Notes: a model not told the origin generated them from the letters alone. A DNA stretch of 64,000 nt from Salpingoeca rosetta (GCA_033442325.1 JAWQFM010000007.1:768719-832718); one strand, 5' to 3'. Positions 29,567 to 51,217 are shown, numbered from the stretch's first letter. Translations and numbers: made by a program.

Positions 29567-32500
29567 CTCCTGGCCATGCCAGTGCAAGACGCGTTGGTTG
29601 AGGCAGCCTTGCGGGCACACGACACGCTGACTGCCAACATGCGCGCTGACGCATTTGCGGAAGCCGAAAAATGGCTGCACCTTGACCTATGCATTGCCGC
29701 TCGCGCATTCAAGGTTGTCGTGTGTTTGTGTTTGTGTTGATATGTGCGTGTATGTGCACGTGTGTGCGTGCACGTGTGTGTGTGTGTGCGCATGTGTGTG
29801 GATACCTCCCGCGCGCGCTCTCTCTCTCTCTGTCTGTCTGTCTGTCTGTATGTTGCATTCACGCCGTGCATGCACCGCCGGCAACGTTGTTTGCATGTCT
29901 TCAGGTGGAGATTGCGGATGGCGTGACCACCGCTGATCCCACCCGGACACAGCGGTTTGCGCTGCATCCCAAGGTCGACACTCTTCGTGCCTCCACGTCG
30001 CTACAGCGCAAGGTCACATACACCAGCATGGCAGTTTGGTTTGCACAGCCACGCCACACCGTTGTCTATGGTGGCTTTCAGGGCACTCAACACACAAAGC
30101 ATGCTGCCTGAGCTCGCAAACACACAAAACCCAACTCTGCAAAACACACTACAACAAATGTACACGCCGGGAAGCACTCGCCCCTCACCACTACACATTG
30201 CACTGACGTCATGTCTTTGTGCATGTTACTCAACACCAGGTGTTTGCGAGTGTTGAGAAGCGGTTTTCCACCAGCGCTGGCGGTGGCGACAATGGGGACG
30301 ACAGGACGGTGTCTTCCCTCAAGGAACTGCTGCCTGCAAGCACGTACCAGGCACAGCTGCAGCGGCGGGTGGACCTTGTTCTCGCTGCGTTCCAAGACGA
30401 TATCAAGCACACGTTGACGTTGTTTGTGCCGACACAACAACGGGCGTCTGGGACTGGCATCGCATTCACAGACGTGGAGCTCGCACGACTGCGCACCCGT
30501 CTGCAAACGTACGTACACCCACATCATGTTGGGGTGGGACATTGACCTTGAAGTTTTGTCAGCGTGTTTGCTTGCTTGCGTCGCGTCTTCAGCCCACATG
30601 TTCGGCTCTCTGCAACTGTTGTTGTTACAGCGCCATGATTTCTTGCTCATCATCACCACCACAATCTGTCGCTCCCCGCACGTTCCCCACATCCATTTCA
30701 CACACACATACACACATACACATACATACATACACACACATACACACACACGTACTGCGTGTTCGGTTGGCGAGCAGCAGTGGTGTGTCGTCGCTCCTGC
30801 TGTTGATTTCTTTGGGCAAAGGACTTCTCTCCCCGGAATACGTGCGCCTGAAGCTTGCACTGCAAACCGTCTCGCTGTATGAGCCCACACAGCACTACAA
30901 CGCAGCCAGGGCCAGCCTGCTTGTGCCCACCTTCAATGAGGCTGCCAGATTTGTTCGCCGCACCGTGGGTGCAACCCTGCACATCTCCGTCTCCTTTGCG
31001 GAAGAGGCGCTTGGATGGGGGATTGTCACGAGTCTTGTGCAGCGGCCTGATAGCCAGGCGACGGTGTGCGTTGACCGCTCAACGTCGTCTGTGTTCCTGC
31101 TGCTTCGCGGGCGTCCACCACGCGACGTGTTTGTGAACGGAATGCGTGTGCGTGTGCGTCTGTCTGCGCGACCAACACTGCTCAAGCAACTGCGCATCAA
31201 GCACAAGCCGCCGCGCCAGCAACGTCTCGAAGGCAAGGGTGCAAGTGATGGTGATGATGATGGTGATGATGGCGGTGGCGATGATGACAACGGTGGCGAC
31301 ACACAGGGGGTAGAGCACAACATCTCCTCATCATCAATGCTGACGACGGCTGCGCTTCACGCGCAAATCCTTCGTGCTCTCGGCACATTCACGTCGCAGC
31401 TGAAGGTGTGACGAAGGAGATGGATTGTTGTCAGTGGCGAGGTGCTTGATGCTATTGTGTTTGAAAGTATTTGGACTTGCTGCGACGGCTGTTTGCGTGT
31501 ATATGCGATTGTCATGGGGGAGTTTTGCTCGTGAACAAATGTACTTGCTTTGATGATCAAGGGCCTCACCAATGACACGAACACACACACATACACACAC
31601 ACACACACACATAGGCGGTTGCAACGCATCAGCACGATACTGTGCGTCTCGGGCTGTCATTTGTGCATTCGCTCGTCAAGCAGCTGCAGTCTGAGCCACT
31701 CAACATGGATGAACTGACGACGCTTGCGCCTGCAAGCCGCATGGGGGTTGTTGCTGATCGCAAGCGGTTCCTGACACATCTACAGCAACTTCTCAACACA
31801 ATTCAGTTCTGCTGCGACGCCGCCCTCGACCAGACACACACGCCTGCAGAGATACACACGTGGCTTGTCAAGGTATGGAGCCGGGGCGGGAGAAGGAGAA
31901 GCAGCTCATTGATGTGCGTGTGTGTGCTGAATGCTCAATTGCGTTGGTAATATCACAACTGTGCGTGTTGCTGGACTTCTTGGCCACGATACGCGTTGTT
32001 GTTGTGCCCGCATGTACTCATGCTCTCCCCCAACACGCACGCGTATGTGTTTGTTTGCAAGGCCTCTGAGATGAAGTACGGTGCGCGCGCGCTGAAGCGG
32101 TCAAACATCGCGTCCATATCTGTGCGCGACATTGTGACAAATCTCCACCACCGCACATCCAGGGTTGCCGCCATCACCGCGGCAGACACAGCAACAAGTG
32201 CCAGCCGAGACGTGTCACTGCACAGCAAGCTGTCGTGGCTCCAGCACCTGCAGCACATGGCACGCCACGCTGCCGAGCTCAGTGCACGGATCACGCCACG
32301 TGGGCGAACTCGTCATCGCATTCCCTTTACAACTGCGCAGCTGCTGTATGTTGCGGGCGTCACCGGTGCGCTCGTCCGCGTGCAGGGCAGCGAGGCCGCA
32401 AACGTCGATCCATGGGCGATCAAGGTGTGGCTGAGTCTGTGTGTGTTAGAGAGAGAAAGAGAGAGAGAGAGTGTGTGTGTGTGTGTGAGGGCGCGCGCGT

Positions 32501-33286
32501 GTGTGTGTGTGAGGGTGTGAGGGTGTGTGTGTGTGAGTGTGTGTGTGTGAGGGTGTGAGAGTGTGTGTTTGTTTGCGTGATTGTGTGTGGTTGTTATGTG
32601 TGTGCGCGCGCGGGATAATGCGAGTGAGTTGACTGTTTCTGCTCGTCTCCATGTCTTGATGATGAACCTGCAGTGTGTGTGTGTGTGTTTGATGGCGCAT
32701 AGCTCACATGTACGTGCATGTGTGCGCTCGCTTGAGTGTGCAGGTGATGGCGGTGTCGTGTGATTTCTCCGATTCGGCGAGCGCAATGTGTGCACTCGAC
32801 AGCAATGTAAGCAGACTCGCACAAGTGTGTGGATATGGACAGTGTTTCGATGTTCGTGGCCATCACTGTTATGTCAGGGCAACTTCATGTATCTTCTCCG
32901 TATTCACCCGCACAACACAACGCAACACATGCCCGAACAACACAACCCATACCCTAACAACACAACACAACGCACCCCAACACGACGCAACACATCAGGT
33001 TCCGCTGCATGGGCGGCGCCGAGGAGCGACGAGCAATCAGGATCATGATGATGATGATGGTGATGATGATGATGGTGATAGGAACGAGGTATTCAACGGC
33101 GTACTGCCGCTGTGCCCGCCAGAGGCTGCGTCCATTGCTCACGGCATTGTGGCCTCGAAGCTTATGCGCGCGTACCATGCTGTGCTGGTGACGCGTAACC
33201 CAAGCCTCGTTGTGGGCCAGCAGCGCATCGCTCTTCTCGCCATCGCCCTCGCACAGGCACTCCGCCAAACCATGCAGCCACAGCAC

Positions 33287-33379
<93 letters not shown>

Positions 33380-35425
33380 CTAGAGTGCGCGCTTTTGCAT
33401 GGAAACCGGTTTGTTGTGAGACGAACAACGGCCGTCTCGGCAGCTCGCTACTTTCTTTCTCGCTCCTCCCACAACCACATTCCTTGTCCTTTCTACGGTA
33501 TTCTACCCTGACTGTGTCGCGCCATCAACGTTTCACGGCAGAACGCCTGCCATGGTGGTAGTGCTTGCACGCATTGCGCACGACTTATGCCTGGAGATCC
33601 AGCGACGTGGTGAGTGCGCCCACTGGCGCGGAATTGTGCGCAAGCTCATGCAACCGATGCCTGGCCGGTTTCTGACGGAGGCTGAGGGGGATGACATTGG
33701 GAGCGTTGCCAAGGTTGTCGCTGCCGTCACCATCATGCTGCGCGATGTTGTGCGCGAGGGGATTGCAACGCCAACAGACACAGGTGTGCTCGCGCGCACG
33801 TATGCGTTTATGTGTACTTGTGTTGATGTTGTTATGTTTGTGTGTACGTGAGTTGGGTGGGGGGATGTGTGCGCGTGCGGGTGTTGCTTGCGCTCGCACT
33901 CATTCATTGTGCTCGAACATGACGAACACCGTGTATGTTTTGGTTCACAATGACACTGCACGATGTCATGTGCCAACAGCGGCGAAGAGCACACGTGTGG
34001 ACGACGCTGCCCTCGCTGTGTTGGCGGAAAGCGTTTCCCGCGGTGTCCGGATCTTTGTCAAGCAGAAGGTGCTGCTGTTGTGTGTGCGTGTGTTGTGAAT
34101 TGGGTGTGGTTTGAGCATGAACTCTCATGCGATGCGTGGATATCTCCTCTCCTTTTTTTTTTTTGTACGTCCAATCCCGTCCCACCCACACGTCATCTAC
34201 ATCACCACCACAATTAGGCGTTCCAAGAGAAGCGAAAGATGGCGTACGAAGACCTACAGCACCGGCTGTTGCAGCACACCCTCAACATCGATCCCGACGA
34301 TCACGTGCACGCGCGACTGGACGACGAGCCGGAGCCGGTGAGGACGTGTGTGTACTTGTGTACTTGTGTGTGTGTGTGTATGCTCGTGCGTGTGTGTGCG
34401 TGTGTATACTCGTGTGTGTGTGTGCGTGTGTGTGCGTGTGTGTGTGCGTGCTTATGTGTACTTGTGCGTGTGTGCGTGTCTGTGTGCGTGTGTGTTTGGG
34501 TCGTTCAGGGACCAAAGGTTAGATGTATGTGTTTGTTCTTGTGCGCAGTTTTGTGCATGCAGTCTGAATGAGGCGTGGATAGTGCTGTTGTCTCCTTGTG
34601 TTGTTGTGTTGCTTGTGCTTTACTGACGAGTGCACGCTGCTGTCACCATTCTTGCGCCAGCATGGCGTCCAACACGATGCGAGCTTTGATATGGAAAAGG
34701 CCAAACTCCGCAGCGGCAAGTTCTTCCGGCAGCGCTGGACAAATTGTCCACCACAGGCGGTTGTGGCCGCGTTTGGGTTTGTCAACGTCCTTCTCCGCAC
34801 GCTGCACAAGCACAGCCGCGGCGTCACTGTTGGCGATGATCACAACAGCCGCCCTGCCGGGAGCGGTGGTGATGGTGGTGGTGGTGGTCAGTCGATGCCT
34901 TTGGCAGCAGAGCTTGCGGCGTTTGCATGGCTGGCAAACGAGAGCGACGCGTCAGCGGCTGCGGCGCGGAGCGAAATTGCGCAGGCCATGGCGACTGTGA
35001 CGATGGCGTCATTTGCACACAAGTACACCCATGACGAGTGTGGTAGGTCGAGAATGAGGAATAGAAAGCAACAGCGGATGGGGGTGGGGGAAGGAGGGGA
35101 GACAGGGGATGAGGAAAGGTTGCTGGACAAGTGGGATGGCGGTGTGGCATGTCCCTGTGCTGACGCGAACAGCGTGTTGTCGTTTGCTTCAATCCACCAC
35201 TTGTGGTTGTCTTGTCGTGCCCGTTGCTCATCCTGTCTGCACGCCCCCCTTTCCTTTGTCATGTTTCCTCTCAGACCATTGGGACCTGCAAGTTGCACTC
35301 TTTGTGCAGGCGTTGCAGCGCCACTCCAGCAAGACCCGCCGGTACTGTCTATGTCTGTGTGTGTTGTGTGTGTGTGTCTATGTGTGCGTGCGTGCGTATG
35401 TGCGTGTGTATCTATGTGTGCGTGC

Positions 35426-35464
<39 letters not shown>

Positions 35465-36708
35465 ATGTGCTTCGTAGCTGCCAGTGGCGTGCTTGCGTCG
35501 TCGTGCGTTGAGCAACATTGCACCAACACCCCATTTTGTCACCTTCACCACAGAAATGGTCTGCCGAGTCTGCGTGACTCGCGTGCAATCATTCAGCGCG
35601 CAGCTGCCAGCGTCCGTCAATACAACTACAAGCGGTACGTGCACGTGGGCGCGGTTGCATCATGTGTTGTTGAATCAGATGTTACGTTGCGTGTACAGCT
35701 CAGTGAGTGCACGAGTTATGCTCCAGCTTACTGTGTCCAAAACGTCGTGATGCAGGGAGGTTGCGGCCAAGATCCAGCGCCTGCGCATTGCGTTCCTCCA
35801 AGGTGGGTGAACAACTCAGCCTACTTGTTTCTCCCAACAGTGTGTGTGCTTGTGCGTGCGTGCGTGCGTGCGTGCGTGTGTCTGTGTGTCTGTGTGCGTG
35901 CGCACATGTGTGTGTGTGTTCAACTCATTTCATGCGCTTCTCCTTGCATATCATGCTTGCAGGCAACGCCGCCGCTAAATTCCAGCTGAAGCTGCAGGAG
36001 CAGGACGAGTTCTTGCAGACGCATGACGGCGTTGCTCGCGTATGTTGAGGGCGTGGACGAGGCGAACAGCTCAGCCTTGGGCTGCGCTATTGCGAGCCGC
36101 ACATACACACACACACACATATATGTGCTCTTGTGCTCTTGTGCGTGCATTGCCTCACTGCTTACTGGTGGTGTTGGTGTGTACGTTATGTGCAGATGTT
36201 CACGCCCACGGAGGTTGCCGAATTCAACGCGACGCGCGCTGCTGACGACCAGATTGAGCTCACGAGCTCTGGACTGCCGAGGCACCACTGCGCCTTCCCC
36301 AAGGTGTGGTGTGCCGTGGTGTGTCGTGGTGTGTCGTTGTGTTGTGTTGTGTCGTGTTGTGTTGTGTCGTGTCGTGTTGTGTTGTATTGTGTTGGTCCTT
36401 CGTGCTGTTTGATGTTTGTGTGAGCCTTCCCACCCCCCCCTTCTTTGTCCACGCCTTGAGTGGTTCATCAAGATTCAATCATCGTCAATTCACGAGTGCC
36501 CTGGTGCGTGCTCACCGCTGGCACTGCAGTGTCCCCAATATCTGGTCAACCTGTCGACGGACCGTGATCGCGCGCTCGGGCTGCGTCAAGGTGTGTGCAT
36601 TGTGTGTGACATAGGACACAGATGAGAGGCTATGAAGACGACAGTCTGAGTGCTCGCAGTGTTTGCAGTGCTTGAGATGATGCCCCAGCTGTGCATTCCA
36701 CAGTGTAC

Positions 36709-36777
<69 letters not shown>

Positions 36778-37446
36778 AGACTCACAATGCACGGTTTCAC
36801 CAACGGGGGTGACGCAGGACTTGTACGGGCCACTTGTCAAAGTTGTTTTCTTCCAACGCTGCAGAACATCAAAAGGGCTCCACCTCTACCCCACCCCGTT
36901 TCCTCCNNNNNNNNNNNNNNNNNNNNNNNNNNNNNNNNNNNNNNNNNNNNNNNNNNNNNNNNNNNNNNNNNNNNNNNNNNNNNNNNNNNNNNNNNNNNNN
37001 NNNNNNACGCCACCCCGTTCCTCCACAAGTACGCACGAATTTGCGCGCGCGCGCGTGCATCGTCATGCTTTGTTGTTCCTGTTTGTGCTCGCTGTTCAAC
37101 TTGACCTCATCCCGTCACGCCATGTGCACTCTCTCGTTTGATTGCGTCCTTGCCGCAGGTCGAAGGACAAGGACACCTTCATTGCCCTCTCGCTCAACCA
37201 CCTTCCAGTGGATGTACGCGTACCGAAAGCACACACACACATGTGTGGACATGCGCGTGGTGTATGCGCACATGCGTTTGTCCAAGTCCATGCCCACACA
37301 ATAATACCTCACACGATGCGTACTCACGTTCGTTTGCTCTCCACCACCAACCACATTTGGTCTCGTAGGTCACGGACAAGACAATTCGACGACTGGCAGT
37401 CGAGGTCCTGGGGGATCTGTGGGGGGATGTACGCGGCAGCACGTGA
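21878..37446 (+). CDS. Giant multidomain protein (~39 exons, roughly 2,200 aa): 2H phosphoesterase + RWD + PARP-like ADP-ribosyltransferase (H-Y-E) + degenerate vWA + uncharacterised C-terminal region
   Basis: Exons traced with consistent splice phases from ATG 21878 to 36590 (one intron spans the 23547-23646 gap). 2H: [30 protein letters not shown] and [10 protein letters not shown]: [11 protein letters not shown]...[21 protein letters not shown]: [30 protein letters not shown]. vWA-like: DIKGSM, VSVLVFD. The last exons cross low-quality sequence and a gap, so the 3' end (…DVRGST*) is less certain. Confidence 0.8.
23547..23646. other. Assembly gap (100 N)
   Basis: N run inside an intron of the 2H-RWD-ART gene. 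Confidence 1.
36907..37006. other. Assembly gap (100 N)
   Basis: N run near the 3' end of the 2H-RWD-ART gene. Confidence 1.
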
Positions 37447-37490
37447 TGTGTGTGTGTGTGTGTGTTTGTGTGTTTGCGTTTGTGTGTTTG

Positions 37491-37570
<80 letters not shown>

Positions 37571-37922
37571 CGTGTGTATGTGTGTGTTTCGAGTTGTCTG
37601 CTGCACTGGTGGTTGCTTGGGTTGTTTTGATTCTTGTATGTGTGGGTTTTGGTTGCCGTGTGCTGGGATGATGGGATGATGCAGCATGTACAACTGTGAC
37701 CCTTTCTTGTCCTTCACACGTGTTTGTTGCTCGCTTGCCTGCTTGCGTTTGACTTGTCTGCACCACTGTGTTGCTTTGTCTCTCACACATGTGTACACGA
37801 TGAAATCGAAAACGACCACCACGACCATCACCATGGATCAACATACCGCCATACACGAGCAGTCATGTGTCACACAAGCCCCCAACAACACCCAGGGCCT
37901 CCCTCACTGTGCCTTTGCATTG

Positions 37923-39203
37923 TCAGACGAGCTGGCACGTGTTTGGGGACCAAGCAGCCAACCAAGCAAGCATGCCATCGTCGCCTTGGTCCCCAGCTGA
38001 TGATGGCGGTGTGGCACCAACGAGCTCGCGTGCGTGCACGCCCATGATGGCTTGAACAAAAAAGGCTGGGTCTAGTGATAGCCTGTCATCTTGCGCCTCC
38101 AGCAACCCCATATCCACGTGTTGTTGTTTTTGCTGCTGCTGTGCGACGTCGTCTTCGCTGCGCGGTGGGTGGTCGTTGTTTGCTTCCGGCTGCCACTGGA
38201 GCAGGGCGTACTGGTACGTGCCGCTTCGTTGCACGGTGCCTGTGTATGTGAAGGGAGGCGAGAGGGCTGGCGGTGGTGGCGGGAGCACGGTCACCTGGAG
38301 GTCGGCCTGGGTTGGCTTGCGCAGCAGGACCATGTCGTTGCCCGGCGAGTCTGGCATTGGGGCGACGCAGGCGCGGAAGTGATGTTGGCGCAAGTATGAC
38401 CGCAGCTGCTCGCGGGAGAGGCCCGTGCCGGCAATGGGGACGTGCCTGAGGAAGGCCATGCCACCTGGTGCCAGGAGATCGTACACTGCGCAGACGGCCG
38501 CGATGGGATCCACCAAGTGGTAGAAGGTGTGTGATGACCAGATGACGTCAAAGGCGCCTGTGAGGTCGCGTTGTGGCTCCTCAGCCAGGCTGCTCAGGTT
38601 GTCGATGTTGGCGACGCAGTAGGACGAGTCCGGCACAGCCGGCGTCGTGCTTGGCGAGCGTTCGTCCACGGCGGAGATGCCAAGCATGCGGTCAAAGGGC
38701 CAGCCCAAGGACGTGTGCAGGTGGGCTAGCAGACTTGCCGTGCCTGTTCCGAGATCCAGCAGCCGAGGGAAGCGCTGCTGCTCCGGTTGTGGTTGTGATT
38801 GTGCATGTGGGTGAAGGTAAGGTGGCTCCTTGCTGCTGCTGCTGGTGGTGGTGGTGGTGCTAGTGGTGCTGGTGCTGGCGGTGGTGATGGTGGCGGTGGC
38901 GGTGGCGTCACTTGCGTTGTGGCCGCACCCTTGTTGCTCCGTGCTCTCATCATCGACGTCGTTGTTGCCTGTGCTGTGTGTGATCCACTTTGCAAGGATG
39001 GCACTGAACAAGGCATCGGACGTGGTGTATCGCCCGTCTGCATCCAGATACAGCGTCTCACACCCCTCACCCGTGTACACCCATCCTTGTCCCACCTGTT
39101 GGTGTGCCTGTTGTGCTTGTTGTGCTTGTTGGTGTGCTTGTTGGTGCTGGGTGAACTTGGTGTCGCACGCCGCTTGCACAGAGGGCGGTCTTTGCTGCTG
39201 CAT
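37923..39203 (-). CDS. Class I SAM-dependent methyltransferase, intronless, substrate unknown
   Basis: Single long ORF with motif I RLLDLGTGTAS and FDVIWSSHTFYHLVDP...YDLLAPGGMAFL. Confidence 0.85.
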   Translation of the reverse strand: MQQQRPPSVQAACDTKFTQHQQAHQQAQQAQQAHQQVGQGWVYTGEGCETLYLDADGRYTTSDALFSAILAKWITHSTGNNDVDDESTEQQGCGHNASDATATATITTASTSTTSTTTTTSSSSKEPPYLHPHAQSQPQPEQQRFPRLLDLGTGTASLLAHLHTSLGWPFDRMLGISAVDERSPSTTPAVPDSSYCVANIDNLSSLAEEPQRDLTGAFDVIWSSHTFYHLVDPIAAVCAVYDLLAPGGMAFLRHVPIAGTGLSREQLRSYLRQHHFRACVAPMPDSPGNDMVLLRKPTQADLQVTVLPPPPPALSPPFTYTGTVQRSGTYQYALLQWQPEANNDHPPRSEDDVAQQQQKQQHVDMGLLEAQDDRLSLDPAFFVQAIMGVHARELVGATPPSSAGDQGDDGMLAWLAAWSPNTCQLV

Positions 39204-39615
39204 TGTGTGTGGTGCTTGTCTTGCTTGTTGTTGGTTGGTTGGATTGGTTGGTTGCTGCTCCTTTTTTTGTGCTGTCCTGACATGCTTGATGGGGGTTTCC
39301 AGAAGAGAGATGGCACGCGCATCTGACAAGAATTAGCGACGCAAATTCAGAAACCAATGGCATTCCTCAGCAAAGAAGGCGCACAAAAACAGCGCAAATT
39401 CGATTTCTGTCGACAAGTCTGGATGCAACAGCAAACATTGACGTAAATGGGAACTGTCGATGAAATCTGACACTCGCGAAATCGTGCACCACAACTTTGA
39501 GATTTGGGAGGATTCAAGAGGAGAAACCACGCACAAATATTCAATGCGGAAACTGCTGCGTTCACGCGATAATGCGAAATCAATTTTGCTTTGTTGTGTG
39601 TGTGTGTGTGTTTGT

Positions 39616-39740
<125 letters not shown>

Positions 39741-39893
39741 CTTGTGTGCATGCGTTGGTTGTTCTCTATTCTTCCTTCTGTTCCCCTCACTCCCCCCCCG
39801 TGCCTCTTCTTCTATCTTCTGCTGTCAGTTTATTCATTCATTGTGGTCGCACGCACACAGTAAGGCTCAAACTCCCCTCCCACCTTTGTCGCG

Positions 39894-40729
39894 TCACTGG
39901 GGCTTTGCCTGCTGCTGCTGCTGCTGCTTCTTCTTGGACGTGCCGCGGGCGCTGGCGACGTCGGTGCCTTCCTTGTTGCGAATGCTCCAGAACAGTTCCG
40001 ATGACAAGCTGCAATATGGGGTGAGGGCATCGAGACCCGCAAAGATGTGCGCCTTCTCCTCGTCCTCGCGCTGCCGCAGCACAAACACCGTGGGTAGGTT
40101 GTTTCGCGTCTTGACCACAAACGACTCCTCAATCTCCCATTTGCCAGTCATCCGCACAATCTCCACAAACAGCATGGCCTATGTAGCGTGTGTGTGCGCG
40201 TGTGTGTGTGTGTGTGTGTGCGTGCGTGTGTGTGTGTGTGTGTGCACGTGCGCGTAAGAGAACGACAGCACAACAAGGGTTTGCATGTGTGCACATGTGT
40301 GTGTTGTGTGTTGCTTTGTGTTGTGTTGTGTGTGTGTGTGTGTGTTGCTCTCTCTCTTTCTGTATGTGTGTGTAAACGATGAGCATGTGTGCATTCAGTC
40401 AGGGGGCACGCAGCAGCGCTTTGTGCAGCTGCCCGCTCTCATATGCATGCAGTCAGTACCTTGAGAAGAAACACGACCATCCGTCCACCTGGTCACGTTG
40501 AGCCAAACCAAAGGTTCATGCAGACACAAAGGAGTTGGCATGAGTGATAGCAGAGCAGGTACAAAGGCGCACACAACAAAGGGAATACGAACCTCCTCTC
40601 TACATCCTTCACACGCACACAGACAAACACACACACGCACACAGACAAACACACATGCACACACACACACACGTACACACACGTACACACAAACACACAC
40701 ACGTACACACACACACACACCCCGACAGA

Positions 40730-40766
<37 letters not shown>

Positions 40767-41919
40767 ACAAACACACGTGCACACCCCTACCTGGCTTGAT
40801 GATGCGTGCTGCGTCCTGGAGGAAGATGGTGTAGAGCTGCACGAGGTCGGTGGACTGGCCCGAGCGCACACCCCACGGCGGGTTGGTGATGATGGCGTCA
40901 AACGACGCAGGCTCAAACAGCTTCGTCAGCGTGCGCGCGTCTCCCTTGTGGAAGCGGCACTTGTCAAGCACACCTTCCATCTTGGCGTTCTGCGTCGCGC
41001 CCCGGATCGCCTTTGGGCTGTAGTCCACACCGTGGCACGTGATTGAGCCGCCGCTCGCCGCCAGCGCCTCAAGCAGGATCGTTGCAGACCCGCAGAAGGG
41101 GTCGAGCACCGTGGCGCCGGGGCCCACGCGCGCCAGCGCAAACAGGATGTACGCAATGTTGCTGCGCGTGGTCACGTGATTCACAAACGCCTGCTTGTGG
41201 CGGCGTGACAGCGTCTCCGCCGTCAGCTGCGAGCCAAGGAGCACCTTGTCTTCGCCCAGGGCAATCACACGCACATTCACATCGTAGTCTGTCATGTTTG
41301 CGGGCACGTGGTACCGCTCGTGCAGCGCATCCCCCGCCACGCGCGACAGCTCCTGGCTGGTGAAGTGCTTGTTGGGCGAATACCGCGTGCCGGTGACCCG
41401 GAACGTGCGTGGTGCGGGCTCACACATGCACCGCAGCACGTTCTCCTTGCGCCACAGCGCAGCGTGCAGGGCCTTGAGTGATGGGTGCTTGTCTGTCGCT
41501 GCAGCAACAGCGCTGTCCATGCTGGCCTCGCCCTCGCTCGGCTGCGCCTGCTCCGACAGCGACAGCGTCAGCTCAAACTCGAAGCGGATGATGTCGTGGA
41601 TCGACCGCAGCTGCTCGCACACCTCGAGCAGCGTGGCTTGTCTCTCTGTGTTGACCCATGCAGCGGGCACTGAGATGAGCACCAGGCTGAAGAACCCCCA
41701 CGGCCGAGGCGTCACTTGTATCGCGTCAGCATCCAATGCGCTCTCCTTGTGCTGTACGTTCCACTCGCGCAATCGCAGCTGCACTTCATCACACACGGGA
41801 TCCTCCAGTCCCATATTACCTACAGCAGGAGAGCGAGGGGAGGGATGTGAGGGTGAGGAGGAGTTGCAGATTTGGAGACGTGTGTGCTTGTGTGTTTGGT
41901 TGTGTGTGTGTGTGTTTGG

Positions 41920-41955
<36 letters not shown>

Positions 41956-42263
41956 TTGGTTGTGTGTGCATGCGTGTGCGCTCATGCGTGCGTGTGCGCT
42001 CGTGCGTGCGTGCGTGCGTGTGCGTGCGTGTGTGTGCGTTTACTTCTGTCTAGGTTTGGCATGTCGTGATGATGCATGCATGTTGCAAGCGCACCTTCGA
42101 GGATGAAGAGGGGAACAAACTTTGCTGGTGGTTGTTCGCCGCCGCTTGTTGTGTTCTGTGCTATGGCGCAGCCACCGCCCTTCTTGTCTTCATCGTCAGG
42201 GCAACATGGGCAGCGCTGCCACACTGCTCCCAACAGCGCGCTCGCCACCACAACAAACACCAT
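39894..42263 (-). CDS. THUMP-domain tRNA (guanine-N2) methyltransferase, Trm14/TrmN/THUMPD3-like (UPF0020); 3 exons
   Basis: [11 protein letters not shown]-terminal motif; THUMP region TFRVTGTR...[11 protein letters not shown]; methyltransferase motifs [34 protein letters not shown]. Start is either 42263 or the in-frame ATG at 41814. Confidence 0.85.
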
Positions 42264-42342
42264 CTCAACACGTGGGTGCTTCTTGCTTTTTGGTTGTGGA
42301 AGATCAATTGAAGACATGCATAAAAGTCACAGGAGGAAGGAC

Positions 42343-51217
<8,875 letters not shown>

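Noticed and set aside
36780-36906. Apparent frameshifts near the 3' end of the giant gene suggesting a pseudogene
   Set aside because: The region directly follows a (GT)n run and precedes a gap, so sequencing error is more likely. All upstream exons are intact.
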